Positions 32,736-41,786 of a stretch of 64,000 nucleotides of DNA are shown here, in pieces (the stretch's first letter is position 1; every line of letters starts with the position of its first letter). Made by a program: the position numbers and the translations under genes. Below the pieces are notes generated by a model. That model did not search any database. It was not told the origin of the DNA and saw nothing but the letters and a program-made list of their open reading frames with translations. The DNA lies in the IMG/VR virus record IMGVR_UViG_3300045988_092861, positions 1 through 64,000 of that record; one strand, given 5' to 3'. The DNA is from a virus.

Positions 32736-32880
32736 TTTAGTATTTTTAACTAAAATATCTATTAGTATATTTGCATATATCAAATAATTTTCGTACCTTT
32801 GCATATAGATAAAAGGTAGTACTTTTGACTATTCAGAGCCTACCTTACAAGTTGAACCAATTAAAATTATAAAGATTATG
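32736..32880 (+). repeat. Promoter-leader cassette, copy E
   Basis: Near-identical to copies A and C. Confidence 0.9.
32770..32801 (+). promoter_or_regulatory. Cassette E promoter
   Basis: TTTG, N20, TACCTTTG. Confidence 0.65.
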
Positions 32881-33309
32881 AATAATTCAATTGAAACTAA
32901 GAAGGCAGAGGTTAGAAAGAACATCAAGAATACACTTGAGTCAGCCAAGATTAAGATTATTAACGTAATTTCAGTTTGTCCTGATTGGGAGGTAGAATAT
33001 ATCAACTTAGGTTTTAAGTCACTTAACGTTCGTTTGATTTTAAAAGGAGTCGAAAGAGACAGAAGCCTGGAAATTCGTTACCAGAAAAAAGATGGCAACT
33101 TCCAGGAAGAGTCTTTTAACACCAATGTGGCAAGCTGTGGAGAATTTGACCTTCTTGAGGCAAACGACAACCTTAAGTACTACACGGCGATTGGCGACAT
33201 TCTCAACCACAAAGATATGCTTTCACTGTTGAAAGATACTATGGTTTATTTCACAAATAAACTTGTTGAGTTGGATAAAGAATATGATAAATTAGACCAG
33301 GAGGATTAG
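32878..33309 (+). CDS. Hypothetical 143-aa protein, paralog of 10633-11064
   Basis: Same length, the same leader, and shared VCPDW...KYYTAIG...YDKLDQED. Confidence 0.6.
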   Translation: MNNSIETKKAEVRKNIKNTLESAKIKIINVISVCPDWEVEYINLGFKSLNVRLILKGVERDRSLEIRYQKKDGNFQEESFNTNVASCGEFDLLEANDNLKYYTAIGDILNHKDMLSLLKDTMVYFTNKLVELDKEYDKLDQED

Positions 33310-33311
33310 TT

Positions 33312-33692
33312 ATGACAAAGCAAGAAGAAATCGATATTCTACAGTCCTTGAAGGGTGACACTTATTTCGCTCAGTTCTTCGGAAGCAAGGACATTGATCA
33401 GATGTGTCAGAACATCAACAATGATTTTGCCATTGAGGGCGGATGCGGATTCATCCAGAAAGCTGTAGCTTTAGAGAAAAATAACGCAGACCTCAAAAAG
33501 GAGTACAAGCAGAAAATCTATGATTTAGGGATGGAAATTATTAAAATTCTCGATAGAGGATTTGACGAAGATGCTATTTACCAGTTGGTTGAAGGCGAGG
33601 TCGGAATTAATGCTATCATTAAATTCAAATTTAAGAACAATCTGGAACTTACGGATAAGGAGATAGACTATATGGTATCTCAACTTCCATGA
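33312..33692 (+). CDS. Hypothetical protein
   Basis: 126-aa ORF. GGAGGA lies upstream. Confidence 0.55.
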   Translation: MTKQEEIDILQSLKGDTYFAQFFGSKDIDQMCQNINNDFAIEGGCGFIQKAVALEKNNADLKKEYKQKIYDLGMEIIKILDRGFDEDAIYQLVEGEVGINAIIKFKFKNNLELTDKEIDYMVSQLP

Positions 33693-33757
33693 TTATGTAG
33701 TAATCGCATAGCTTATGAGGGTATGCAGGTTATGGTTTGATAATTAAAATAAGAACA

Positions 33758-34198
33758 ATGAAAGACGATAAAGTTACGGTAGAAGATTTGAAGACAGCCA
33801 TGTCGAGCAAGGGAATCAGTTCAGATATAAATCAAGAGAAGGTAATAACACGCCTACAAGTAAATGGCTGTTTGATAGCAATGGTATCAGATATATTAGA
33901 CCAGCTTATCACGGATGAGCAATCTACGCTAAGACTCCTTGATGTTCAGTACAAGCAAGAGCAGAAGATGCACTACAATCAGATGCAAAATGCAGCGAAG
34001 AAGTACTACTTTCACTTGAAGCCATTTACTAAGAGTTTCTTTGGTGACAATAACATCTGTGCCGATATTGAGGACAACGCAAATGACATATACGAAATCA
34101 TCAAGTTACTTGCGGACCACACTAACGACCACAAGGATATGGAAGTAATTAAGAGAAACCTCAGAAAGAGAAAGTTGAACCATCATATATTCGATTAA
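33758..34198 (+). CDS. Hypothetical protein
   Basis: The track start 33737 is TTG. The first ATG is 33758. Confidence 0.5.
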   Translation: MKDDKVTVEDLKTAMSSKGISSDINQEKVITRLQVNGCLIAMVSDILDQLITDEQSTLRLLDVQYKQEQKMHYNQMQNAAKKYYFHLKPFTKSFFGDNNICADIEDNANDIYEIIKLLADHTNDHKDMEVIKRNLRKRKLNHHIFD

Positions 34199-34201
34199 GC
34201 G

Positions 34202-34540
34202 ATGAGAAGGGAATTAATCAATGATATAGCTAAAGGCGCATTCGAAATGGCCATTGAGGAGAATGCTTATAGCTTTATTTACACATACGAAATGGCAACA
34301 AAGATTATAGAGATAGTCGTAGGTGTAAAGAACAATGAATATTATTGCGAAAAGGTTAATGTTTACGATTACGATCAGAACGACCTTTCTTATAGATTTG
34401 AAAATATAAGTAAGTTAATCAAGAAGGAATGTGCGCCCTGCAGAAGTGTCGTCATTGACGAGATAAGGGATTCCGGAATGAATGAGACGGAACGAATATT
34501 CGGTTCAGAATCAGCTTACATCAATTACAGATTCTGCTAA
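34202..34540 (+). CDS. Hypothetical protein
   Basis: 112-aa ORF. Confidence 0.5.
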   Translation: MRRELINDIAKGAFEMAIEENAYSFIYTYEMATKIIEIVVGVKNNEYYCEKVNVYDYDQNDLSYRFENISKLIKKECAPCRSVVIDEIRDSGMNETERIFGSESAYINYRFC

Positions 34541-34853
34541 ATATAAAAGATTGTCGGTACAGAATATTTTGGTTAGAAGTTCCTTTTGAACCACCCGACA
34601 TTAATAAAAGTGATTGAAAATGGAAATCGGTGAGTAAACAATTTAAAATCGGTCGGCCATAAACCTTATCATGGTGGCACGATAGGAGCCTTAAACATCC
34701 TGGAGACCGACAACCCAAACAGCGGTTAGACAGAGCTGGAACGTCGATAAATACAGCCGTATGTGTAAACGTTAATAGCACAAAAGTACCGAAAGTTAAA
34801 GGACCCAGGACTACGGTATTTATCAACAAGTTAAACTTTAAAAGAAATAACCT

Positions 34854-35054
34854 ATGATGTCAGAAAAGCAATATCGAGTAGCCCGAAAGGGAATCATCGA
34901 TCAGATTAAGTTAGCTCAGAAGCTACACTGTACCAATTTAGCTCAGAAGCACAAAGCTGCATTGAAGAAGCTCGAATTGCGCTTTTTACAACCAGATGCA
35001 ACAGGTTGTTTTGATTGGCGAGCACGAGTATCGAGTAGTTATTATCACATATAA
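34854..35054 (+). CDS. Hypothetical protein
   Basis: 66-aa ORF after the 313-bp ORF-free island. Confidence 0.45.
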   Translation: MMSEKQYRVARKGIIDQIKLAQKLHCTNLAQKHKAALKKLELRFLQPDATGCFDWRARVSSSYYHI

Positions 35055-35065
35055 TTAGTAAGGTC

Positions 35066-35317
35066 ATGGTAATAGTAAATTTTGAAATTGGGAACAAAGA
35101 ATTTGAGGTACGTTCTATACGTGAATCAGGTTATCCACCAACGAATAACGAGCGTGGCTCTATGCTGGTTGAGTATGATGTAACGACTTTCATGAATGGT
35201 CAGCCAATGACAAAGAAGTTCAATCAAAAGAAACGAGTTTTCTTTGACCTTGAAGGTAATGTTTACAAAAGCAAGCAGAGCAACAAGGTATGGTTCAATC
35301 TTCACAAATCAAGTTGA
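35066..35317 (+). CDS. Hypothetical protein
   Basis: 83-aa ORF. Confidence 0.45.
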   Translation: MVIVNFEIGNKEFEVRSIRESGYPPTNNERGSMLVEYDVTTFMNGQPMTKKFNQKKRVFFDLEGNVYKSKQSNKVWFNLHKSS

Positions 35318-35324
35318 TAAGATT

Positions 35325-35849
35325 ATGAAAACAGCAAAGTATATTATAATAGACATAGAAACGTTAGGTAGAAGAAATGATGCTGCTGTTACTCAGGTAG
35401 GAATAGTGATAGCAGACGAAAATTTCGATGTATTAGACTCATATCTGATACAGGTAACACCTGATGCTTGGAACACTTGTGATAGAACATTTACTGGAGA
35501 AACTTTATTCTGGTGGATGGAGAAAAAGAACACTCCAATAAGTAAAAAGCCTACTCATATTGTTCATAGCTACAAATATTTGGTAGATAAGTTATATCAA
35601 ATCTTTGATAGATATAATACAGAAGATACTACAATATGGACTAAAGGGGCAATGGACCTATTTAGCATTAAAGATATATGCGAGTATCTTAATATGGAAA
35701 CTCCCTGGAAGTTTTGGCAACCAAGAGACATCAGAACCGCAAAGGAGTTCATAAAAGAGTGGAAGACTTTTGAGAATAATAATCATAACGCTCTCGATGA
35801 TGCTTTGAACCAGTTGAGAGAGTTAAAAGCTAACTTAATTGAAAGATAG
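35325..35849 (+). CDS. DnaQ-like 3'-5' exonuclease
   Basis: ExoI IIIDIETLG and ExoIII HNALDDA. Track ORF 35244 trimmed to ATG 35325. Confidence 0.7.
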   Translation: MKTAKYIIIDIETLGRRNDAAVTQVGIVIADENFDVLDSYLIQVTPDAWNTCDRTFTGETLFWWMEKKNTPISKKPTHIVHSYKYLVDKLYQIFDRYNTEDTTIWTKGAMDLFSIKDICEYLNMETPWKFWQPRDIRTAKEFIKEWKTFENNNHNALDDALNQLRELKANLIER

Positions 35850-35851
35850 AT

Positions 35852-36826
35852 ATGGAAGCAAAGATTAATGTAGCTGAAATCCTTAAGGATAAGCCAGAAA
35901 ATACGAAGTTATATTCTCCTCTATTTGGAGATGTATATTTTTCATATATAAAGGATAGTATTATAAATGTAAAACATCATGGAGGAATAACAAAATTCTT
36001 TGATAACAGCAGATACTATAACTATCCTGAATCAGAGCCGTTATTATTTCCATCAAAAGAAATGCGTGACTGGAGCAAATTTTCTTGGAAAAGAGGTGAT
36101 GTATTGGTTAGTGATGATGGTTGTATAGAGGTTATCTTTGATAAATGGTACGATGATACCTATACAAGTTTCTATGGCAAACATTATCTAGACAGCGAGA
36201 ATGAGAATGATATTGTATATATCGAAGCATTTATTTGTACAACTGAAAGATTTTCTCTCGAAGATAAGGAATCTTTCCTGTGCTACATCAACACTATAGA
36301 GGAACGCTTGGGTGGCAAACTTAATCGTGAAACTTTGGAGATTGAGAAGACTCAGCCAGAGTTCAAGGATGGGGATATTCTCTCCAATCCTAGTACTGCT
36401 CTACCAAAAAATCATATTTTTATCTTTAGCAAATTTAATAAGTATAAAGATTTTGAACACCATGTAGCCCTTACAGCTTCAGGAGAGATTACTATCCCAA
36501 CGTCTCATGGTGCTTGGTGTCGTAAAGATAGCGGTGTAAAATATGCTACAGAAGAAGAGAAGCAACAGCTCTTTGAAGCTTTAGCCAATGTAGGCAAGGC
36601 TTGGGATGCTGAGAAGAAAGCCATTGTTGATTTGAAGCCAAAGGTTGATGGGCTGAAACCATTCGATAAGATACTTGTCAAAGATAACCCTAATGGAAGT
36701 TGGGAGCCAGCTCTCTTTTGGAAGAAAGTGGATGTAATAGACCTTCATCCCTATATGGTTATAGGAGGTAAAAGATATAGATATTGTGAACCTTACGAAG
36801 GCAACGAAAGTCTTTTAGATTACTAA
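35852..36826 (+). CDS. Hypothetical protein
   Basis: 324-aa ORF. No family recognised. Confidence 0.55.
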   Translation: MEAKINVAEILKDKPENTKLYSPLFGDVYFSYIKDSIINVKHHGGITKFFDNSRYYNYPESEPLLFPSKEMRDWSKFSWKRGDVLVSDDGCIEVIFDKWYDDTYTSFYGKHYLDSENENDIVYIEAFICTTERFSLEDKESFLCYINTIEERLGGKLNRETLEIEKTQPEFKDGDILSNPSTALPKNHIFIFSKFNKYKDFEHHVALTASGEITIPTSHGAWCRKDSGVKYATEEEKQQLFEALANVGKAWDAEKKAIVDLKPKVDGLKPFDKILVKDNPNGSWEPALFWKKVDVIDLHPYMVIGGKRYRYCEPYEGNESLLDY

Positions 36827-36845
36827 TAACGTGGAGGATTAGATT

Positions 36846-37199
36846 ATGATAGACGATAAGAAAATGGGAAAAGCCATAGAAGACTATGTAAGATATAGTC
36901 CTGTCGAGGATGAATATCCAGGAACGGAGGGAGATGCATTTAAAGCAGGTGCTAAATGGGCTGTTAATAAGTTCTTGAAGGACTTGTGGTATGACGCTGA
37001 GGAAGAGCCATATAGTAATCTTAGTCCAATATTATTTGATGGTAGAGATAGGGAAGGACGTCAAATTGTTAAAACTAGCTTCTTTAGAAGTGGTTATTGG
37101 AATAAAACTGTTGAATATTACGGTATTATTCGTTGGCTCTATATTGATGATTTGTTTCCTGAGGAAGAAGAGGAAGAAGAGGAAGAAGAGGAAGAATAA
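36846..37199 (+). CDS. Hypothetical protein with poly-Glu tail
   Basis: Ends in PE followed by 12 Glu, encoded by 4 x GAGGAAGAA. Confidence 0.5.
   Translation: MIDDKKMGKAIEDYVRYSPVEDEYPGTEGDAFKAGAKWAVNKFLKDLWYDAEEEPYSNLSPILFDGRDREGRQIVKTSFFRSGYWNKTVEYYGIIRWLYIDDLFPEEEEEEEEEEEE
37161..37196 (+). repeat. 4 x 9-bp tandem repeat (GAGGAAGAA)
   Basis: Read directly from the sequence. Confidence 0.9.
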
Positions 37200-37336
37200 T
37201 GACAGTAGGAGAATACGCAAGGCTTAATGCTAAAATAGCTGTCTTGAAAGAGATAGCTATAGACTATAGCGGTAAGACGATTGATAACGTTATTCAGCAA
37301 TTAGAAGCAATCAGAGAGGAAGTAAGCAATGATTAG
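37199..37336 (+). CDS. Hypothetical 45-aa protein
   Basis: TAATG junction. Translated by hand. Confidence 0.3.
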   Translation: MTVGEYARLNAKIAVLKEIAIDYSGKTIDNVIQQLEAIREEVSND

Positions 37337-37463
37337 AGCATTTAGCATTAAGCACTATATTCGAGAACAAATATTCGATTTGGGTTGTTATTGTAACGAA
37401 CATCCTTGGAATAAAGTCGCATATAATATCTATTTGTTCTTATGTAGGTTATGTTTTAAATAA
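37329..37463 (+). CDS. Hypothetical 44-aa protein
   Basis: Translated by hand. Overlaps the upstream gene by 8 nt. Confidence 0.25.
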   Translation: MIRAFSIKHYIREQIFDLGCYCNEHPWNKVAYNIYLFLCRLCFK

Positions 37464-37469
37464 GTAGAT

Positions 37470-37634
37470 ATGAAAGAGCTTAAAGTTGGAGAAAGAATAA
37501 TTTTGGAGGTGGTTGAAGCAACAAGTATTTCTTGCCAAGGCTGCTTCTTCGCAAAGGAAGGGTATGCTTGCCCAGACTACTGCTATACCCGCTTAGACGG
37601 CATTAATGTAATCTTTAAAGAAGTTAAGGAGTAA
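37470..37634 (+). CDS. Hypothetical 54-aa Cys-rich protein
   Basis: SCQGCFFAKEGYACPDYC. Ends in a TAAAGCGTATG junction. Confidence 0.35.
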   Translation: MKELKVGERIILEVVEATSISCQGCFFAKEGYACPDYCYTRLDGINVIFKEVKE

Positions 37635-37639
37635 AGCGT

Positions 37640-37870
37640 ATGAGTGGATTATTATCAATGATTGGTATGCAAACTGAACTGGAATACCAAATGGGTGATT
37701 TTCATTTTGGTCTTCCACGTGTCAGATATAATGTTCCGAAAGGCAACATTCCATCCGACAAGCAGAAGTTTCAGCCAAAGGAGCTGCATGAGTTCACCAT
37801 CAAGGGTGTCAAGATTATGGCAGCTTCTAAGAAGGATGCTATCAAAAAGTTTAATCATCGTAAAAAGTAA
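37640..37870 (+). CDS. Hypothetical protein
   Basis: 76-aa ORF between two TAAAGCGTATG junctions. Confidence 0.45.
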   Translation: MSGLLSMIGMQTELEYQMGDFHFGLPRVRYNVPKGNIPSDKQKFQPKELHEFTIKGVKIMAASKKDAIKKFNHRKK

Positions 37871-37875
37871 AGCGT

Positions 37876-38373
37876 ATGAATACAAATAGCTATTTCCGAA
37901 TAGAAAAGGGATTTGATATATCTAAGATAACTGGGGGTATTCCTCAGAATATTGGAGAAGGATTTCAGTTTAATCTCCGTGGGAAAATATATACAACTAC
38001 GGGTAGCTATACTAAAGACAAAAAAAGACTCATGAATATCGAAATTCGTTCTTTTCGTGGTCTTTGCGGTGGCGCAATACATTATTACGCAACATTGTAT
38101 GTTAAAGTAAACAATGTGTGTGATAACAGCTCGGTAAGTGGATATTTGGGAGGAATTGAAATTCCAAATGAATATCAAACCATCAAAGGGGAGTTTGTTA
38201 GACCACTTACTCAAAAGGAGAAAGATAAGCAACCAGATAGATGGGACTGGTATCAAGTAGGGGATTTAGTTAATGCCTTTGAATCTCTTCAAGAGATAGA
38301 GAGTTTAATTAAAAACCTCAAAAAGAAGTTCTCTTCTAAGGAGTGGAAAGTTGAGATAAGACGCAATTATTAA
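37876..38373 (+). CDS. Hypothetical protein
   Basis: 165-aa ORF. Confidence 0.5.
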   Translation: MNTNSYFRIEKGFDISKITGGIPQNIGEGFQFNLRGKIYTTTGSYTKDKKRLMNIEIRSFRGLCGGAIHYYATLYVKVNNVCDNSSVSGYLGGIEIPNEYQTIKGEFVRPLTQKEKDKQPDRWDWYQVGDLVNAFESLQEIESLIKNLKKKFSSKEWKVEIRRNY

Positions 38374-38401
38374 CCGCCTTCTAGCACAAATAGATAGTAA
38401 T

Positions 38402-38659
38402 ATGACAGAAGAACAATATCAAAAGGTTATTTCTCTTAATAAGAGATTAACCGAGTTGGAAGAAGTGTATAGTCTTTTAAATGATGAAGATACTCATCTT
38501 TCTTATTACCAACCAAGTTGTTTTGGTTCTCATGCTTATCTTTGTGATCTTGAAAAATTAACACCCATAAAAGATATTTTAAAAAGATATGAAGATACTA
38601 TACGTTTTGAGGTTAGGACTGAAATAGAAAGCATTAAGAGGCAAATTAATGAAATTTAA
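38402..38659 (+). CDS. Hypothetical protein
   Basis: 85-aa ORF. Confidence 0.5.
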   Translation: MTEEQYQKVISLNKRLTELEEVYSLLNDEDTHLSYYQPSCFGSHAYLCDLEKLTPIKDILKRYEDTIRFEVRTEIESIKRQINEI

Positions 38660-38777
38660 ATATAAATAATATGATATTATTAATAATTTTAGGAATTATC
38701 TTTTTAGCAGCTATTGATAACAGATAGTAAAAAGAAAAGTATGTTGTTTAATCGCCTTAGGGCATAAATTAAAAAAT

Positions 38778-39107
38778 ATGATAGAAATAGAATTATACAA
38801 CGAATTACAGTATGCAGAAGGTTGCTTAAAGATATTGGATTCACAAATATCAGAGCTTCGCAAAAAGAAGAATGATATAATGAACGACTTTCTAAGTTTG
38901 TTACCTTTTCAGGAAGGTGACAAGGTGAAAGATAAAGATGGCAATATCTTTATCATAGAACGTCTAAAAGAAGCCATATCTCTTGGCAAGAAAGAAATTA
39001 AGGTTCGTTTTCTTATCCGAAAAATAAAGAAAAATGGAGAACCTTATCAATACGCAAACGAAGCTTGGGGAATTGATTATTTTTCCCTTGAAAAAGTGGA
39101 AGAGTAA
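38778..39107 (+). CDS. Hypothetical protein
   Basis: 109-aa ORF. Confidence 0.5.
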   Translation: MIEIELYNELQYAEGCLKILDSQISELRKKKNDIMNDFLSLLPFQEGDKVKDKDGNIFIIERLKEAISLGKKEIKVRFLIRKIKKNGEPYQYANEAWGIDYFSLEKVEE

Positions 39108-39119
39108 TAACCATCCCTT

Positions 39120-39839
39120 ATGGGATATAAATATAAAGTAATTATGAAAAAGTTTATTGGTACAAAGGTCATTATGGCAGAGCCTATGACTATGACAGAA
39201 GCACAGAAAGTGCTTGGTAGAGAACTGAAGCCAGCAACCACTGAGGAAGATGGCTACCTTGTAGAGTACAAGAACGGATATAAGTCTTGGTCTCCTAAGA
39301 GTGTGTTTGATGAGTCTTATAAGTCAGCAGAGACATTCTTGGACAGAATGAAATTGGAGTTTGAAAGTGAAGTTGATAAATTTAAAAAGGGTGATACCTT
39401 TATTCGCTCTGAGAAGTTTAACGAGCTTCCTCTTGTTGCAAGAGTTCTTCTTTATGCGCAGAACAAGACTCAGAAAATGTACTGTGCCTTGTTGGAGAAC
39501 AGAATTGACGCCGCAGAGAATAATAACCCATTGCTAAAGCTATTTGACTTCGGCACAGCCATCAAGTTCTTGGAGGCAGGTGGAGCTATCCGCCGTAGTG
39601 GTTGGTATGGAAAGGGATTGTTTGTTGTAAAGCAGGTTCCTTCTCACATTACAGGTGACATCATTCCTAAGATGCAGTCATTGCCACAGATTGCTAAGGA
39701 CATCTTGATGAAGCGTGATAATCCACACATTGATTACACAAATCAGATGTTGATTATCAATCCTGATGGCAGAGCAGACTCATGGGTTCCATCATCTTCC
39801 GATGTGTTTGCGGAAGACTGGGAAGTTGTAGTTGAGTAA
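39120..39839 (+). CDS. Two-domain protein with C-terminal DUF2829 (Tad2-like) domain
   Basis: FGTAIKFLEAGGAIRRSGWYGKGLFV...SSSDVFAEDWEVV fits the DUF2829 pattern. The N-terminal GYLVEYKNGYKSWSPKSVFDESY is a common phage domain. Alternative start at 39144. Confidence 0.7.
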   Translation: MGYKYKVIMKKFIGTKVIMAEPMTMTEAQKVLGRELKPATTEEDGYLVEYKNGYKSWSPKSVFDESYKSAETFLDRMKLEFESEVDKFKKGDTFIRSEKFNELPLVARVLLYAQNKTQKMYCALLENRIDAAENNNPLLKLFDFGTAIKFLEAGGAIRRSGWYGKGLFVVKQVPSHITGDIIPKMQSLPQIAKDILMKRDNPHIDYTNQMLIINPDGRADSWVPSSSDVFAEDWEVVVE

Positions 39840-39846
39840 CTAACAA

Positions 39847-39870
39847 CCCTCTCCTGCAAAAGGGAGAGGG
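39847..39870 (+). terminator. GC-rich hairpin after 39120-39839
   Basis: CCCTCTCC (39847-39854) pairs with GGAGAGGG (39863-39870) around an 8-nt loop. No U-tract. Confidence 0.4.
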
Positions 39871-39885
39871 TAAAAAGAAAAGAAT

Positions 39886-40062
39886 ATGGCAAAAATGAAT
39901 GTAACAGAAAAGGACTTTGAAGCTTTCTTTCAAGCAACAGAATCCCTTATGGCTATGTCTGGTACTTTAGATGAAGGCTTTGATGAAGAGGCTTATGCTA
40001 TAAACAGACAGTTCAAAAGTTTCAAGCGAAGATACTTAAAGGCAAAGGAGGATAAACAATGA
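39886..40062 (+). CDS. Hypothetical 58-aa protein
   Basis: Translated by hand. ATGA overlap with the next ORF. Confidence 0.35.
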   Translation: MAKMNVTEKDFEAFFQATESLMAMSGTLDEGFDEEAYAINRQFKSFKRRYLKAKEDKQ

Positions 40063-40184
40063 GTAAAGAAAAAGCTATCAAATATATTAAAGCAGCCCAA
40101 ACTGCTATTGATGAAGCGCCATATCCATGTACGACAAAGGCTAAGATATTGTTAGTGGTGGCACTTAAAGAGTTGGAGGATTAG
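40059..40184 (+). CDS. Hypothetical 41-aa protein
   Basis: Translated by hand. AGGAGGA lies upstream. Confidence 0.3.
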   Translation: MSKEKAIKYIKAAQTAIDEAPYPCTTKAKILLVVALKELED

Positions 40185-40185
40185 T

Positions 40186-40533
40186 ATGATACAAAAGCAG
40201 ACATGGAAGGACGAAATCAGGATTTTAATAACTGATGAAGAAAATCTTGGTTCGGTTCAAATATCCATTCCGTTATATGTTAGTGATATTTTCAGCAAAG
40301 CTGATGCTCTAATATATGCACTCTTTGTTGATGATACTCATAGAAGATGTGGCGTTGCAAAACACCTATTACAACTCGCAGAGCAACAAGCTAAGTTGAA
40401 TGGAGTGAAGACAATCGGATTGGAATTTAATAAAGATGAATCTGATAGGTTTGTTCTATATTGGTATCTCCGTAGTGGTTATAAACCATTTAATAAGAAA
40501 AGTAATTTATTAATTAAAAAGTTGGAGGATTGA
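40186..40533 (+). CDS. GNAT-family N-acetyltransferase
   Basis: Motif A region LFVDDTHRRCGVAKHLLQLAEQQAKLNGVKTIGLE. Confidence 0.7.
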   Translation: MIQKQTWKDEIRILITDEENLGSVQISIPLYVSDIFSKADALIYALFVDDTHRRCGVAKHLLQLAEQQAKLNGVKTIGLEFNKDESDRFVLYWYLRSGYKPFNKKSNLLIKKLED

Positions 40534-40534
40534 T

Positions 40535-40963
40535 ATGACAAAAGAAGAAGCGAAACAGCTATTGCCTATTATTCAGGCAATAGCAGAAGGGAAGGTCATT
40601 GAGTGTAGGGCCAAACTAGGCCGTCTAAAAGGTGTTGTAGACATTCCGAACAAATGGACCGAAACGAAAGAAATTTGGTGTACGAATAGTATTGAGTATC
40701 GCATCAAGCCAGAGCAAGAACCAAAGTACCGTCCATTTAAGGACGAAAAAGAGTGCTGGACTGAGATGCAAAAACATCAGCCGGTTGGGTGGGTGAAAAA
40801 CAAAAGAAATGATAAAGACCCAGAAGTATTTATTCATTGTGGGGTTATAAAAGGAGATTGGATTCTTACTGATGTAGATGAAGAACCTTTTCCCTTTGAT
40901 AAGATATATAATAATTACACCTTTGTCGACGGCACTCCTTTTGGAGTAAAAATAGAGGAATAG
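40535..40963 (+). CDS. Hypothetical protein
   Basis: 142-aa ORF. GGAGGA lies upstream. Confidence 0.5.
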   Translation: MTKEEAKQLLPIIQAIAEGKVIECRAKLGRLKGVVDIPNKWTETKEIWCTNSIEYRIKPEQEPKYRPFKDEKECWTEMQKHQPVGWVKNKRNDKDPEVFIHCGVIKGDWILTDVDEEPFPFDKIYNNYTFVDGTPFGVKIEE

Positions 40964-40965
40964 TT

Positions 40966-41208
40966 ATGGAAATTGATGAAAAAATAAATGAAATAATTCA
41001 ACAAGCAAAAGAAGAAGGAGCTTATATGGAAGATCTTGACACATTTGAACAAGAGATATATGACCAAGGTTTTCGTAATGCAATATCTTTTATGCTGTGG
41101 AATCCAAGCGAGCGAAGTTGTTCTAATTGTCAGTATCGGAGCAGTAGACAGCTATGTGGGGAAGAGTACTGCGGGCAAAAATACTGGAGTCCAAAATTGG
41201 AGGAATAG
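40966..41208 (+). CDS. Hypothetical Cys-containing protein
   Basis: 80-aa ORF. CSNCQY...CGEEYC. Confidence 0.5.
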   Translation: MEIDEKINEIIQQAKEEGAYMEDLDTFEQEIYDQGFRNAISFMLWNPSERSCSNCQYRSSRQLCGEEYCGQKYWSPKLEE

Positions 41209-41210
41209 TT

Positions 41211-41408
41211 ATGGCATGGGTAGCAGTTAACGCAGATGGTAAGGAATTTCTTTTCAGAAAGAAACCATACAGAAGTGGATATGAAGAATATGGATATTGG
41301 AATTCTACATATTCTGGTATCGGTGGTTGTATTCTTATACCTCATGGCAGCATTAAGAAGCTCATCGGAAGGGAATTGACTTGGGAGGATGAACCAATTG
41401 AACTTTAA
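41211..41408 (+). CDS. Hypothetical protein
   Basis: Track ORF 41154 trimmed to the ATG that follows GGAGGAATAGTT. Confidence 0.45.
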   Translation: MAWVAVNADGKEFLFRKKPYRSGYEEYGYWNSTYSGIGGCILIPHGSIKKLIGRELTWEDEPIEL

Positions 41409-41420
41409 AGAAGAATAGTT

Positions 41421-41783
41421 ATGAGAGAAATTAAATTTAAAGCAAAGCAACTCAACTCAGGAAAATGGTTTGAGGGCGATTTAGTACATCTTGGAAACAG
41501 AGTGTGTATAGGAGGAGACAATATAAAAGATGGAATAACAGATGTTGATCCTGAAACCGTCTGTCAGTTTACAGGATTGACAGATTGTAAAGGCAAAGAG
41601 ATATGGGAAGGCGATATAGTGGAGCGTGAGATATGGAACAAATTATATAATGGTTTAACCAAGGTAAAAGGAGTAATCGAATATAAAGGCGCTGAATTTT
41701 TTGTTGCGATTAATAGTGAGACTTATTCGCTATACTCTAAGGATATTAAAGTTGTTGGCAACAAATTCGATAAGGAGAAGTAG
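41421..41783 (+). CDS. YopX-like protein
   Basis: MREIKFKAK...VCQFTGLTDCKGKEIWEGDIV. Confidence 0.7.
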   Translation: MREIKFKAKQLNSGKWFEGDLVHLGNRVCIGGDNIKDGITDVDPETVCQFTGLTDCKGKEIWEGDIVEREIWNKLYNGLTKVKGVIEYKGAEFFVAINSETYSLYSKDIKVVGNKFDKEK

Positions 41784-41786
41784 CGT

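Noticed and set aside
34754-34795. AGCCGTATG...AAGTACCG, reminiscent of group II intron domain V.
   Set aside because: The loop is 12 nt rather than a GNRA tetraloop, the bulge and helix geometry do not fit, there is no reverse-transcriptase or maturase ORF, and no other intron domains were recognised.
34521-34829. 102-aa minus-strand ORF covering the ORF-free island.
   Set aside because: It has a TTG start, no promoter, lies opposite to all its neighbours, and gives a Leu/Cys/Thr-rich unprotein-like translation.
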